From sequence record OQ790161.1: a DNA stretch of 64,000 nt. One strand, 5' to 3'. Shown here piece by piece: positions 17,404-27,348 of the stretch (the first letter of the stretch is position 1; each line of letters opens with the position of its first letter). The notes beneath the pieces are model-generated. The model was given only the letters and a program-made list of their open reading frames with translations, did not search any database and was not told the origin of the DNA. Both the position numbers and the translations under genes were made by a program.

Positions 17404-18750
17404 ATGCGTAACGCCAAGTTGCCGCAGATCTCGATGGAGGCCATTGCTATCCAGAGGCAGTCGACCTTCCTACTGGACATCGCCTCACTCATCGACCAGC
17501 TGCGGATGCAGCCGGTGATTGACCAGGCCGTGTTGGACCGTTCTGGTCTGACTGAATTGGTCAAACGCCGTACCGGACTGAACCTCCAGTTCGTCCTCAA
17601 CACCCCCACAGGTAAAGTGGACCACAACGTCCCGGCACAGTACACCACTGCCGCTGCGGAAGTCCCCATGCTCAACCCGGACAGCGCATACTTCAAACTC
17701 ATGAAGAATGTGGTCAGTCCCCGCGCGGTCTCCCAGCTGGCCCGGTTCCAGTACATGCTGCGTGGGCTGGGTAGCCTCAATGGCGCAATCGATCTCAAGA
17801 CCGGTCGCGTCAGTGGTGTGTTCAGCCAGATCCCCTGCCGGGTGTTTCTGCAAGATCTGATCTTGCATGCACGTTCGCGTGCTACCAGCAAGCAGGCCGC
17901 CGCCGTGGTGATCCACGAAATCGGCCATGTGTTCTCGTTCTTTGAGACCGTCCTGCACACCACCATTACCAACAGTGTCATCTCCACGGCACTGGATGCG
18001 ATGGGGGAAGCCAAGGATCCGGTCATCCGTGTCAAATTGGTTACCAGCGCCTTGAAGGCATACGGGGCCGATGAGTCCGACGCACAAGTCATCGCTGAAG
18101 CGGGCAGTAAAGATACCCAACGGATCTTGCTGCTGAAGTCCTTTGAGGATGCCGCACAAGGCCGTGTACAAGCTGCCTTCGGTCCGCAAGACACGGCCAA
18201 CTACCGGTCCGTCGAGTTCGTCGCCGATCAGTTTGCTATCCGTCACGGCGGAGCGGCGCTGCTGGCTCAAGGTCTGAACCTGATCTTCGAACACGAGCGC
18301 ACCAACTACGGTGTCAGCCCCGCCAAGTACTACGGCGTGGAAGCAATCCGCTACGGCGTACTGGCAGCTAGCCTGTGCACGCCTGTATGGCCCGCTGCGG
18401 CCGTTGTGGGCGTTATCTGTGCGATGGTCTCAGCTGTGCAGAACAAGGCTGACGATGCCGTACCGAGCCCTCTGGAGCGCATGGGTGCCATCAAGCAGGA
18501 TCTGGTCCAACTGCTCAAGGATATGAGCCTGCCTACCGAGACCCGCAAGCAACTCTTGCAGGACGTCGAGTTCGTCGACACCCTGCGCAGCGAGGCTAAG
18601 CAGTACGATAGCCTGGCACGGTTTGTCTGGAAGAACCTGGTCCCGGCCGGTCGCCAGCAAACCAAGATCCGTGAGTTCCAGAAGGGACTGGCGGATATGA
18701 TTGACAACGACCTCTTCGTCCACGCGGCCCGCTTCCGGGTCATGAAATAG
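17404..18750 (+). CDS. Virion head protein with zincin (M48-like) motifs
   Basis: N-terminal ISME cleavage motif; VIHEIGH; downstream EFVADQFA; hydrophobic segment near the C-terminus. Confidence 0.6.
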   Translation: MRNAKLPQISMEAIAIQRQSTFLLDIASLIDQLRMQPVIDQAVLDRSGLTELVKRRTGLNLQFVLNTPTGKVDHNVPAQYTTAAAEVPMLNPDSAYFKLMKNVVSPRAVSQLARFQYMLRGLGSLNGAIDLKTGRVSGVFSQIPCRVFLQDLILHARSRATSKQAAAVVIHEIGHVFSFFETVLHTTITNSVISTALDAMGEAKDPVIRVKLVTSALKAYGADESDAQVIAEAGSKDTQRILLLKSFEDAAQGRVQAAFGPQDTANYRSVEFVADQFAIRHGGAALLAQGLNLIFEHERTNYGVSPAKYYGVEAIRYGVLAASLCTPVWPAAAVVGVICAMVSAVQNKADDAVPSPLERMGAIKQDLVQLLKDMSLPTETRKQLLQDVEFVDTLRSEAKQYDSLARFVWKNLVPAGRQQTKIREFQKGLADMIDNDLFVHAARFRVMK

Positions 18751-18771
18751 CTTTTACCAAGGAACCGTACC

Positions 18772-19188
18772 ATGAAGATCAATGCCTCCAACATCGCCTC
18801 CACCTTGGTGGAACTGGGCATTCCCGCCGAAGCCAGCCACCAGTATCTGGTCGTGGCGTTGGCCCGTGTCCTGGGTTACCTGCTGCCGGTTCCGGCCGCA
18901 CCGGTCGAACGTCCGGGTGACTTCTTCCAGAGCACCTACAGCGACAGCATCAACGGCGCGCTGGACGCGCTCAATGAACGCATGCCGGTCGACTACGGCG
19001 TGGTCGTGGATCTGGCCAGCAAGGTGTGGGAACTGCGCTACGGCATCGTGCATCCCTCGCTGGACCAGCAGGTCTGGGCTACCCTGGACAAGGTGCTGGA
19101 CAAGAAGTACCTGGGCATCGAGATCGACCTGTTCGATCCGGCCCTGTCGCGCCTGGGCAACGTCATCGCTGCCGGCGTGGAGCAGTAA
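18772..19188 (+). CDS. Probable virion structural protein
   Basis: AAGGA RBS; strong codon bias; within the structural operon. Confidence 0.6.
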   Translation: MKINASNIASTLVELGIPAEASHQYLVVALARVLGYLLPVPAAPVERPGDFFQSTYSDSINGALDALNERMPVDYGVVVDLASKVWELRYGIVHPSLDQQVWATLDKVLDKKYLGIEIDLFDPALSRLGNVIAAGVEQ

Positions 19189-19189
19189 G

Positions 19190-20158
19190 GTGCAGGGCGG
19201 TCAATCGACCGCCGGTGAACCAACCATCAGTCAGCTGGAGGCCACCCTCCAGCTGACTATGGCGTTCAAAGACCAGATCACTCGACAAGGCGTCATCTCT
19301 CGCGAAGAAATGCGGGTGGCCATGGAGTCGGTCGGTCTGGAGTTGCCGGCGGATATGCCCCTGAACTCCTACACCCAATTCCCCAGTACGACCAACCATG
19401 CTCGCACCTTGCACGCCATGACGGTACACATGGAGCAAGCTTTGGTCAATCTGGTCGGTAGCTTCAAGCGCACGCTCAAAGTGCACATCGAAGGCATGAT
19501 CAAAATGGTGGGTCAAGACGAACCCCACACTGATGACATGATGGCCAAGCTGAAACTGGTGGTCCCAACTATCAGCGACTTTGACTGGAGTACTGCCCGT
19601 GAGGTGGACACTCCGGAAGTCAAGGCTGAGCTGGAACACATCGACGGCTACATGGGCGCGTGGGATCATCTGGGCCAGTTGTCGGCCGAATCCCTGTTCG
19701 TCAAGGATTCGCTCTATGCGCAGATGGTGGAGCTGATGCCGGAAGTCACCCAAGTGTTGGAACGGGATCTGGTATTTGACAGCCACGAAGCGGCCCGGTA
19801 CTTCGAAGACCGACTGGGACAGCTGCACGTTGCGATCAGTACGGCCCGCCAGTGTGAACCCAGTGAACAGTGGACACCTACCCAGCTGATCAACTACGTG
19901 CTGGAGCAGACGCCCCAATTCCAAGGCGCACTGCCTTATCGCTTCCAAGTGGAGACCATCAACTTTGAGCGCATGCTCGAGAAGGTGGAGACCATGAGCG
20001 AGCAGGACGTACTGGAGAGCCAGATGCTCCGCACGGCTGAAGCACTGTGTTCGTTCATCAGCGATGGCTGGCGCTTGGAGAAGGCCCGTTACCGCACGGT
20101 GGACATCGCCTTGGGTCTTGCCAAGTCGATCTACAACCTCAAGGTACTGACGGCATAA
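19190..20158 (+). CDS. Probable head/inner-body protein (start uncertain: GTG 19190 or ATG ~19258)
   Basis: AMES cleavage motif followed by a PLNSYTQFPS..N segment typical of processed jumbo-phage head proteins. Confidence 0.55.
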   Translation: MQGGQSTAGEPTISQLEATLQLTMAFKDQITRQGVISREEMRVAMESVGLELPADMPLNSYTQFPSTTNHARTLHAMTVHMEQALVNLVGSFKRTLKVHIEGMIKMVGQDEPHTDDMMAKLKLVVPTISDFDWSTAREVDTPEVKAELEHIDGYMGAWDHLGQLSAESLFVKDSLYAQMVELMPEVTQVLERDLVFDSHEAARYFEDRLGQLHVAISTARQCEPSEQWTPTQLINYVLEQTPQFQGALPYRFQVETINFERMLEKVETMSEQDVLESQMLRTAEALCSFISDGWRLEKARYRTVDIALGLAKSIYNLKVLTA

Positions 20159-20189
20159 CAGCCAGCCCCTTCGGGGGCTGGCCTTATGC
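20152..20189. terminator. Bidirectional hairpin, GGCATAA...TTATGC family
   Basis: ggcataaca-gccagcccc-ttcg-ggggctggc-cttatgc. Confidence 0.75.
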
Positions 20190-20195
20190 GGCGGA

Positions 20196-20591
20196 TTACA
20201 GCACCGGTGCCGGCGGCACGGCGGGCAGGGCCACGGCCGGCTTCTTGCGGGCGACCTTCTTGACGGCCTTCTTGACCTGCTTCTTCTGCGCAGCCTTCTT
20301 CACCGTCTTGGTGGTGGTCACGGCTGCCACCTTCTTGGCTGCCTTCTTGGCAGCTGCGGTCTTGCGACGCGCGTCGAGCTTGGCCTGATGGACATCCCAC
20401 GCCAACTTGGCCTTTTCAGCAGCTGCCCAGTTGGCTGGCATGCCGTCACTGGCGATCTTGATGGTCTTGCCACGCAGGAAGTTCGGATCCAGCGTCAGGG
20501 CGTTGACGTAGTTGGGGTTGCGCAGTGCGAAGCCATCGGTGGTGCGAGCACCGGTCTTCTTGCTGTAATAGGCGGTAACGAGCTTGGTCAT
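20196..20591 (-). CDS. Histone H1-like Lys/Ala-rich basic protein
   Basis: Start MTKLV (20591); C-terminal KKAAKKVAA..KKAAQKKQVKKAVKKVARKKP. Confidence 0.65.
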   Translation of the reverse strand: MTKLVTAYYSKKTGARTTDGFALRNPNYVNALTLDPNFLRGKTIKIASDGMPANWAAAEKAKLAWDVHQAKLDARRKTAAAKKAAKKVAAVTTTKTVKKAAQKKQVKKAVKKVARKKPAVALPAVPPAPVL

Positions 20592-20696
20592 GGGATTCCC
20601 CTGTTTTGTGATAGACATATGTCACATGACCTAAACGAGCCAGTAAAGAAAAACTGAACCCTGTAAATCTGTGAAGCATCCACCCTTGGAATAAAC

Positions 20697-21158
20697 ATGA
20701 GCGATTTTGCATCTTCCCTGCTGCCGCCTGAAGCGCAGCTGGTCCTGAAGTCGGTGGACGACCGACTGACCGAGTACGTGACCAAGATGTCACCGGGCGT
20801 ACGTATCACCTCCACCGACGGTGGGTTCCAGCAGCGTCAGCTGTGGCAGGGCATCATCCAGACCCTGCTCAAGCAGCGCGCCGATGTCTTCCTGGTCGGC
20901 TGGGCACACTTCCTGAAGGTCGTGGCTGAAAACCGTGCGGGCGTGTTCTCCCCGGCGTACATGAACCGCTTCCGCGAAGAGCTGACCCTGACCGTCGGCG
21001 AACGTCGCAACTTCGAGCGCATGCTGCACCTGGCCTACGTCACCGCCGACCAGCGCACCCGCGTGTTGTCGATGAAGCAGCTGGACATGCACCAGATCCT
21101 CTCGGGCCTGCCCACCGAAGACCAGCGGCAGAAGGTCAGCGCGTTCTACGAGCTGTAA
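20697..21158 (+). CDS. Conserved hypothetical protein
   Basis: 153 aa; GGA RBS; strong codon bias. Confidence 0.65.
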   Translation: MSDFASSLLPPEAQLVLKSVDDRLTEYVTKMSPGVRITSTDGGFQQRQLWQGIIQTLLKQRADVFLVGWAHFLKVVAENRAGVFSPAYMNRFREELTLTVGERRNFERMLHLAYVTADQRTRVLSMKQLDMHQILSGLPTEDQRQKVSAFYEL

Positions 21159-21162
21159 GCAT

Positions 21163-21198
21163 CATAAGCCCCCGCCCCGTAGGGCGGGGGTCTATGCC
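21163..21198. terminator. Bidirectional hairpin, CATAAG...TATGCC family
   Basis: cataag-cccccgccc-cgta-gggcggggg-tctatgcc between convergent genes. Confidence 0.75.
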
Positions 21199-21200
21199 GG

Positions 21201-22235
21201 TTACTTTACCACGCTACCTGCCAGATCCAGCGCGTAGCCAACGATCCGCAGACGCTCTTGCAGACCCGTGCTGGAGGCATGGATGGTGTAGTTGGTCAGA
21301 TTGACCACGAACTTGGCGTTGTTGACCGCACCAACCTTGGAGACATTCTGCAGCTTGGTTACATCGCGCTCGATCTCGCGCAAGTTGCGTTCGATGTTGG
21401 TAGCAGTGGAGACCATGTTCAACTGCATACGGTTGAGGCGATCCAGGTGACCCACCAAGGCCGACTTGCTGAGCGTGAGACTGTTACCCACCTTACCAGC
21501 ACAGGTCCGTCGCAGGTCGGTGGCGAATTCACCACTGCTGGGGAACTTGCGGTATTGTTCGCTCAAATAGGTCGCATCATCGCCCTTGGTCCAAGGATCG
21601 ATCTCATAGGCCGGATGATCGGTCTCGCCGGTCAACCAGAGCGCCGCACCCGAGGCGTAGTTACCAAACCGCTCACGGCTGACGGTCATCTTGTCGCTGG
21701 CCACTTCACCGGTGGCCAAGCGCAGCCATTCGAACATCTGCTGCAACCCTTGGTAGTCATCGATCTTGACCACGTTGGGTTGGAACATCGACAGGCCTGC
21801 ACGCTCACTGAGCTTGGTGGCATGGAAGGTAAAGGTGGGTTGGTTCAGTGTACTGAACTTGGTCTTCAGCGCACTGATGCGCTCGCCGATCTGTTGCAGC
21901 TTGACCTTGACCCAAGCGATGAACCGCTTGCCCAGATCTCGGATCTTCTTGAGCAGGATCGGAATCCACTTCTTGAGGAAGTCCACGACCTGCTGAACTT
22001 GATTGCTGTTGACGTGGATGTTCACCGCTTCGAGGGAAACCCCGAACGATGCCATCTGGAACCCGTGGATTTTCTGGGCTTCCTCGATTGCACTCTGGTC
22101 ACCGTGAGTCACGCGGTGCAGCAGTTCATTGTCGCGGTTGAACGCTTCCAGAGAAGCTTGCAGCTCCCCCAGCAGATGCTGACCGTCGTGGTATCCAGCT
22201 GAAGCCAGCTGGAAATGTTGGTGCAGGCGCGTCAT
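21201..22235 (-). CDS. Head/inner-body protein paralog
   Basis: ASLEA and VSLEA cleavage motifs followed by a VVDFLKKWI..LLKKI amphipathic helix like the other inner-body paralogs. Confidence 0.6.
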   Translation of the reverse strand: MTRLHQHFQLASAGYHDGQHLLGELQASLEAFNRDNELLHRVTHGDQSAIEEAQKIHGFQMASFGVSLEAVNIHVNSNQVQQVVDFLKKWIPILLKKIRDLGKRFIAWVKVKLQQIGERISALKTKFSTLNQPTFTFHATKLSERAGLSMFQPNVVKIDDYQGLQQMFEWLRLATGEVASDKMTVSRERFGNYASGAALWLTGETDHPAYEIDPWTKGDDATYLSEQYRKFPSSGEFATDLRRTCAGKVGNSLTLSKSALVGHLDRLNRMQLNMVSTATNIERNLREIERDVTKLQNVSKVGAVNNAKFVVNLTNYTIHASSTGLQERLRIVGYALDLAGSVVK

Positions 22236-22285
22236 GTCACTATGTCCTTATTTGGCGAAAAGATCTTCACACAAAATAAGTCGAC

Positions 22286-22323
22286 GACATAAGCCCCCGC
22301 CTCGAAAGGCGGGGGCAGTATGC
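22286..22323. terminator. Hairpin, CATAAG...TATG family
   Basis: gacataag-cccccgcct-cgaa-aggcggggg-cagtatg. Confidence 0.7.
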
Positions 22324-22455
22324 GCTTATGTGGCTCGAGGCCTGTCCCTTGATGCGGGACTCTTGGTAGATCTGGAGCTGCCAGCCAGACCACTGGTGTG
22401 GTTGTGTTTAATCAACCACAGAATTACCGAGGCCGTGGAAAGTTACACATCTGCC

Positions 22456-23751
22456 CTATGAGAGCATCGTGTCCAGATCCACCACTTGGGTCTTGAGCGA
22501 CTTACCGTGCATCAGCTTCATGAAGATGTACATCATGGTCGAACCGATGGCCGCCGCGTAGGTGCCCAGCGCCTGCGGGGTTTCAGCGATCTTGTCACCG
22601 ACGCAGAACTTGCAGAAGTTGGCACCCTCGGTACGGCAGTACGCCGGACTGCGCACGAACATCGTCTGGCCGATCTTGTCAGCCAAGTACGCTTCGGTCA
22701 GTACGCGCGAGACGCCCTTCTTGATTTCGTAGTTGCCTTCGTAGTGACGGGCGTTGTCCTTGGTGATGATCACCTCGATACCACGCTCGGTACCACAGTC
22801 TTCAAAGACCACCGTACTGTTCTGGAAGATGCGGTTGTTGAACTTCACTTCCACACCGCCCAGTGCGGTCTGTGCACCACGACCATAGGAACCGTCACGC
22901 AGCTGGTTGACCATCGCCGGCAGCTTGCTGATGTCCCAGGCTTCATCCAGCGAGGTGGGGATCAGCTCACCTGCTTCACCGAAGCCAGTACTGATGCCCT
23001 GCATGATGAAGACCTTCAGTCGGACCACGTCGTAGGACTTGTCCTTGAAGTAGAACCGTTCGCCCGGATCACCCTTCATCCACTGGCGGTCCATCTGCGT
23101 CAGCTCTTTGAGGATCTCTGCCAGCACGACCGGGTCGTGCAGCTTGTCCTTGTTGAGTGCCAGCAGTTCGTTACGGCGTTTGATCATCGCCGGATCGGCC
23201 GTCATGGTCTTGACCGTGGCCGAGGGCACGCACAGCTGAGCAAAGCCCGGCAGCTGACCGACCGCTTCGTTGAACTTGTGGTACTCCAGCGTACGGATCG
23301 GCTTGAGCTCCGGTGCCACGCCTTCTTCGGGAGCGTTGTCGTCCCAGCGGGCCACGATGTTCTTTTCGATCACCGGGATCTTGATCAGCCCGGACATGAA
23401 GTCGATCTTGTCACCGAAGGGGTAAACCAAGATCAGCTGGTTGACCAGCGCGTTGCCGTAGGTGGTGGTGATCGTGGTACGCACGTTGGGCAGATCGCCC
23501 GGACGCAAGATCAGCTTCTCCAGCGGCCGGAACAACGGCTCACCGGGCATGGCATCTTCGATGACGTTGATGCCATCGTCTTGTTCCTTGTCCATCATCG
23601 CATAGCGGCCATCATCGATGGTCGTCAGCCCGTGGGTGTACTCGTGCGGAACAGGATTGGGCCGGGTCATGGCAAAGGCTTCCAAGACCCAGCGCTTGTG
23701 GAGATACAGACCACTCTGCATCGCCAACAGGAAATAGTCACGCTTGAACAT
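22456..23751 (-). CDS. Virion RNA polymerase beta' subunit (phiKZ gp80-like)
   Basis: DCGT; Zn-site RSPAYC...NFCKFCVG; C-terminal trigger-loop-like IFMKLMHG. Confidence 0.8.
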   Translation of the reverse strand: MFKRDYFLLAMQSGLYLHKRWVLEAFAMTRPNPVPHEYTHGLTTIDDGRYAMMDKEQDDGINVIEDAMPGEPLFRPLEKLILRPGDLPNVRTTITTTYGNALVNQLILVYPFGDKIDFMSGLIKIPVIEKNIVARWDDNAPEEGVAPELKPIRTLEYHKFNEAVGQLPGFAQLCVPSATVKTMTADPAMIKRRNELLALNKDKLHDPVVLAEILKELTQMDRQWMKGDPGERFYFKDKSYDVVRLKVFIMQGISTGFGEAGELIPTSLDEAWDISKLPAMVNQLRDGSYGRGAQTALGGVEVKFNNRIFQNSTVVFEDCGTERGIEVIITKDNARHYEGNYEIKKGVSRVLTEAYLADKIGQTMFVRSPAYCRTEGANFCKFCVGDKIAETPQALGTYAAAIGSTMMYIFMKLMHGKSLKTQVVDLDTMLS

Positions 23752-23760
23752 GGAGTCCCC

Positions 23761-24573
23761 TTACAGCAGTTTCTTGATGTCCGCATCCAGGGACATCAAA
23801 TCGGTGATGGACAGGTTGAAGGATTCTTTCAACCGGTTGAGCTTGAGCGGGATCTCATCGGTGGTGGCCGAAGACGCCAACGCAAAGGCGACCAGCTCAC
23901 GGCCCAGCTTGTTGAGTGGCAACTGATGCAGCGCATCCAGATGCGGTTGGAAGGTCAGCTCGAAGGACAGACCCAACCGCTGGTTGGCATCCATCGCCTT
24001 GATGAACAGGCTGTCATCATCGAACTGCGCTTTACCCAGCAGGGCGCGCAGACGCATCTGAGCAGAGGCCACAGCCACCGAATCCGGTTGCGGTTCCGGC
24101 CGGTCTTCGCTGGTCATCTCATCGATGCGGGCAATCAGATCCGGGGAGACACGCTCCAAGGCGTTCATGTAATCGCCGATGGTCAGATCACCCACGATGA
24201 CCAAGATGTCAGCCAGCGCCGCTTCCTCGCCTTCCAGTGCAGCGGTCAGGCCGTTGATCGATACCGGGTCGTCCCAGTCTTCGATCAGCAAGATGCCCTT
24301 GAAGATCGAGTTGGCCGTACGCAGGTCCACACCTTCTGCGGTGTAGACGCCGAACTGCTTCAGTCCGGTCAGCAGCTGGGGCAGGATCGCTTCGATGACA
24401 CCTTCCAGTGCCGAATCCGAATCCAGCCCTTCCCCGATCGCCATGGCCTGTTGGATCTGGTATTCGTGCATGTCCAGACCAGCACTGCTCAAGGTCTTAC
24501 ACGCATCGAGAATCAAGTCACTCAGCTCCGGTGTGGTCACAGAGTCGAGGTACTCTCGCAATTGTTCCAACAT
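23761..24573 (-). CDS. Conserved acidic protein upstream of vRNAP beta' (phiKZ gp79-like)
   Basis: 270 aa, co-oriented with the vRNAP gene; synteny inference only. Confidence 0.5.
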   Translation of the reverse strand: MLEQLREYLDSVTTPELSDLILDACKTLSSAGLDMHEYQIQQAMAIGEGLDSDSALEGVIEAILPQLLTGLKQFGVYTAEGVDLRTANSIFKGILLIEDWDDPVSINGLTAALEGEEAALADILVIVGDLTIGDYMNALERVSPDLIARIDEMTSEDRPEPQPDSVAVASAQMRLRALLGKAQFDDDSLFIKAMDANQRLGLSFELTFQPHLDALHQLPLNKLGRELVAFALASSATTDEIPLKLNRLKESFNLSITDLMSLDADIKKLL

Positions 24574-24669
24574 TAGTTAACTCCCAAGGGTACATGTATT
24601 AAACTTTACAGCAAAACTGTTCTCATATGGAGAAGCCACGCCTTATCACTTTAATTACGAGCCAAGACC

Positions 24670-25116
24670 ATGGGCAAGAGTAACAAACGCAGCCAAGGGC
24701 AGAGCACGCCGGTATGGGACGTCCTTCTGGGTCTGTCTCAAGCCGTCGGCCAACTGACCAACATCCCCGCCACGCTGATTCCGTACCTGCGTGATCAGGA
24801 AGTGGTCCAGAAGATCAGTGACCAACCGCGCTTCAGTCGACTCGCCGTTACGCTGGAACAGGACATCCGTGCCCTGACCCAACGCTTCCGCGACATTCAA
24901 GTCCAACACATCCATCGCAAGGGTGCGGCCATCGGCGGTGACGCCTTGATGCAGTCGATCAACCTGCACGAGATGTATGTGGCGTGGGCGGCCGATTTCG
25001 ACGACATCATCATGCCCACCTATGCGGACATGGTGACGATGATCGCCAACACCGGTGCCAATATCGATACCACGTTGCCCTCGGCAACGGGCATCACCCA
25101 GCAGCATTCACCCTGA
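24670..25116 (+). CDS. Hypothetical protein
   Basis: 148 aa helical ORF after an AT-rich divergent intergenic region. Confidence 0.65.
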   Translation: MGKSNKRSQGQSTPVWDVLLGLSQAVGQLTNIPATLIPYLRDQEVVQKISDQPRFSRLAVTLEQDIRALTQRFRDIQVQHIHRKGAAIGGDALMQSINLHEMYVAWAADFDDIIMPTYADMVTMIANTGANIDTTLPSATGITQQHSP

Positions 25117-25132
25117 TTTAGGATTGCTTCAG

Positions 25133-26862
25133 ATGAGCAACGAACAGACCCCGCCGCAGGAAGATACTGCGGTTGGCATGGAGGTCGATAGCGACTTCGC
25201 GCAGCCGGAAAGCCTTACCCCTCCGGTTGACGAAGCAGCTATCGTCCCCGCTACCTCCCCGACCCCCGAAGCGGTCCCCAACGAAAACGTCGACACCGAC
25301 GTCGGCCTGCCGGCCGATGATGAAGGTGGACTGGCCGTCGATCCGCCGGCAACCGCCGAAGAACTGGCCACTGCCGAGAACGTGGAACTGCTGGCCGTCT
25401 TCCTGCGTCAAGGCGTGAACCTCAACGCCGAACTGATCAAGGGCATGGATCCGTCCCGCCCGCTGGACCCGCGTCGTGCGTGGCGCGAAGGCGAGTCGCT
25501 CTTCATCGTGCCGGCCACGGCCGAAGAGTTCAACAACCTGGTCATCAACACCCGTCGTCTGGACCCGACCCAATCTGAATCCGGCGCCCGTTGGCGTTCG
25601 GCAGTGGGCCTGGGCCGTGAACTGATGCCGCGCGCCGATACCGGCCTGGCTGCTCTGATGCGTCAGGACTCGCTGTGGCGCCAGAAGGTGCAGGTCGATG
25701 GCGAAGGCAGTACCGAGATCGCTGCAGGCCGTCCCTCGGCCGGCGAGCGCCGTGGTGATGCACCGCTGGTTGGTGAGGAAGCACTGCAGCACATGCAGAC
25801 CATCCTGGGCACCGGCCAGATCGTGCGTATCCCGCTGTGGCATTCGGGCATCTGGGTGAACTTCAAGGCACCCACCGAAGCGCAGCTGCTGGAACTGGAT
25901 CGTCGCATCGCCAACGAGAAGATCGACCTGGGCCGTGCAACGCAGGGCCTGGCGTATTCGAACATGTCGGTGTACCACAACGCCTACCTGTTCAACTTCG
26001 CCCTGTCGATGATCTTCGACTGTTCGATCTCCGGCTACACGATCGACCGCCTGAAGGAAAAGATCCTGCTCACCGACCTGCCGCTGTTGCTGTGGGGCCT
26101 GCTGTGCACGATCTACCCCAACGGCTATCGCTACCACCGTCCGTGCGTCGTCGATCCCTCGGCCTGCCAGCACGTCGTCGAAGCCCTGCTGGACATCTCC
26201 AAGCTGTGCTGGACCGACAACAAGGCACTGGACAACTCCCAGCGCAACCACATGGTGCGCAAGGCGACCAAGTTCACCGACATCGAACTGACCAACTACC
26301 TGGCCAAGCACCGTTACAACGGCATGGGCAACCTGCTGGTCAAGGAAGTCAACGGCAACAAGACCTACGTCGAACTGCGCGTGCCGACCCTGGCCGATTA
26401 CGAGCAGTCCGGCTATTCGTGGGTCGAAGGCATCGTGGCGTCCACCGATCAGGCCTTCGGTTCGCAGTTGGCCGGTGATGACCGCAACGAGTACATCCTC
26501 GACCAGGCACGTGCCACGGCCCTGCGCCAGTACGCGCACTGGATCAAGCGCATCAACACCGAAAGTGCCGACGGCACCCAGCGCTACATCGAAGATCGCA
26601 ACACGATCGAGCAGCTGATCAGTCAGCTGACCGGCGATCAGGAAGTGCTGACCAACTTCATGAACGGCGTGCAGAAGTACATCAACGAGGCGACGATCTC
26701 CCAGATCGCCATCCCGTCGTACAAGTGCCCGGCCTGCCAGAAGGACCAGCAGACGGATGAGGAAGCCAAGCATCCGCACCTGATCCCCCTCGACACCGGT
26801 ACGATTTTTTTACCCTTCTCGGCCAGCGCACCAGCCTGTTGCTGGGTTCGGCGCCCCTGTAA
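25133..26862 (+). CDS. Baseplate-hub/tail assembly chaperone-like protein (T4 gp26/gp51-like); true C-terminus lies in the -1 frame after the T7 run at 26805-26811
   Basis: ATG 25133; acidic N-tail; PCVVDPSAC and CPAC Cys pairs. The -1 frame gives TLLGQRTSLLLGSAPL* ending 26862, just before the next RBS, while frame 0 runs into non-protein-like sequence overlapping the next gene. Confidence 0.55.
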
Positions 26863-26888
26863 TCGACGCCTCCGACGAGGAGGGGCAC

Positions 26889-27335
26889 GTGTTGCTCCCC
26901 TCGTTCGGACAAACCAAAGCTCGAGACCTCGAGCCGGTACGTCGGTTGATGGAGGCGATGAAGGAATCGGACAAGAAGAAGCTCAACAGTATCGAAACGC
27001 AGCTGTTGCTGCGTGAGCTCTACGATGACACCTTCCGCATCGCCTACCACAACGATCCGCATAATCCGCTGTCGCTGGTAAGTAAGCATGCCAAGGAAAC
27101 GTTGGGGCCGTACTCGCGGCTGTATCGCACTTACTTCCGCTTTGCGTCACTGGGAGTGGGTGAGATGTTCAAGATCTCGGTCCAAGACTTTCTGAACCAG
27201 CCACGGGAGATGGTCGAGATGATGTTCACCATCGCCGAGAACAAGGCGACGGTTAAGAGCAACGAGGACAAGCGTGTGCTCGATAAGATCGAGAACTCCA
27301 TGCGCGATCAAGTCCAAGGTCTGGTAGGCCGCTGA
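26889..27335 (+). CDS. Downstream chaperone partner (T-like segment)
   Basis: GTG start with GAGGAGG RBS; frame is open back to 26784, across the T run; ISVQDFLNQPREMVEMM resembles the C-terminal motif of tail chaperone T segments. Confidence 0.55.
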   Translation: MLLPSFGQTKARDLEPVRRLMEAMKESDKKKLNSIETQLLLRELYDDTFRIAYHNDPHNPLSLVSKHAKETLGPYSRLYRTYFRFASLGVGEMFKISVQDFLNQPREMVEMMFTIAENKATVKSNEDKRVLDKIENSMRDQVQGLVGR

Positions 27336-27348
27336 CAAAGGAGACCGG

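Noticed and set aside
26812-27016. Frame-0 C-terminal extension of the chaperone-like ORF
   Set aside because: Composition becomes Arg/Cys/Pro junk and overlaps the next gene's RBS and start; better explained by the frameshift.
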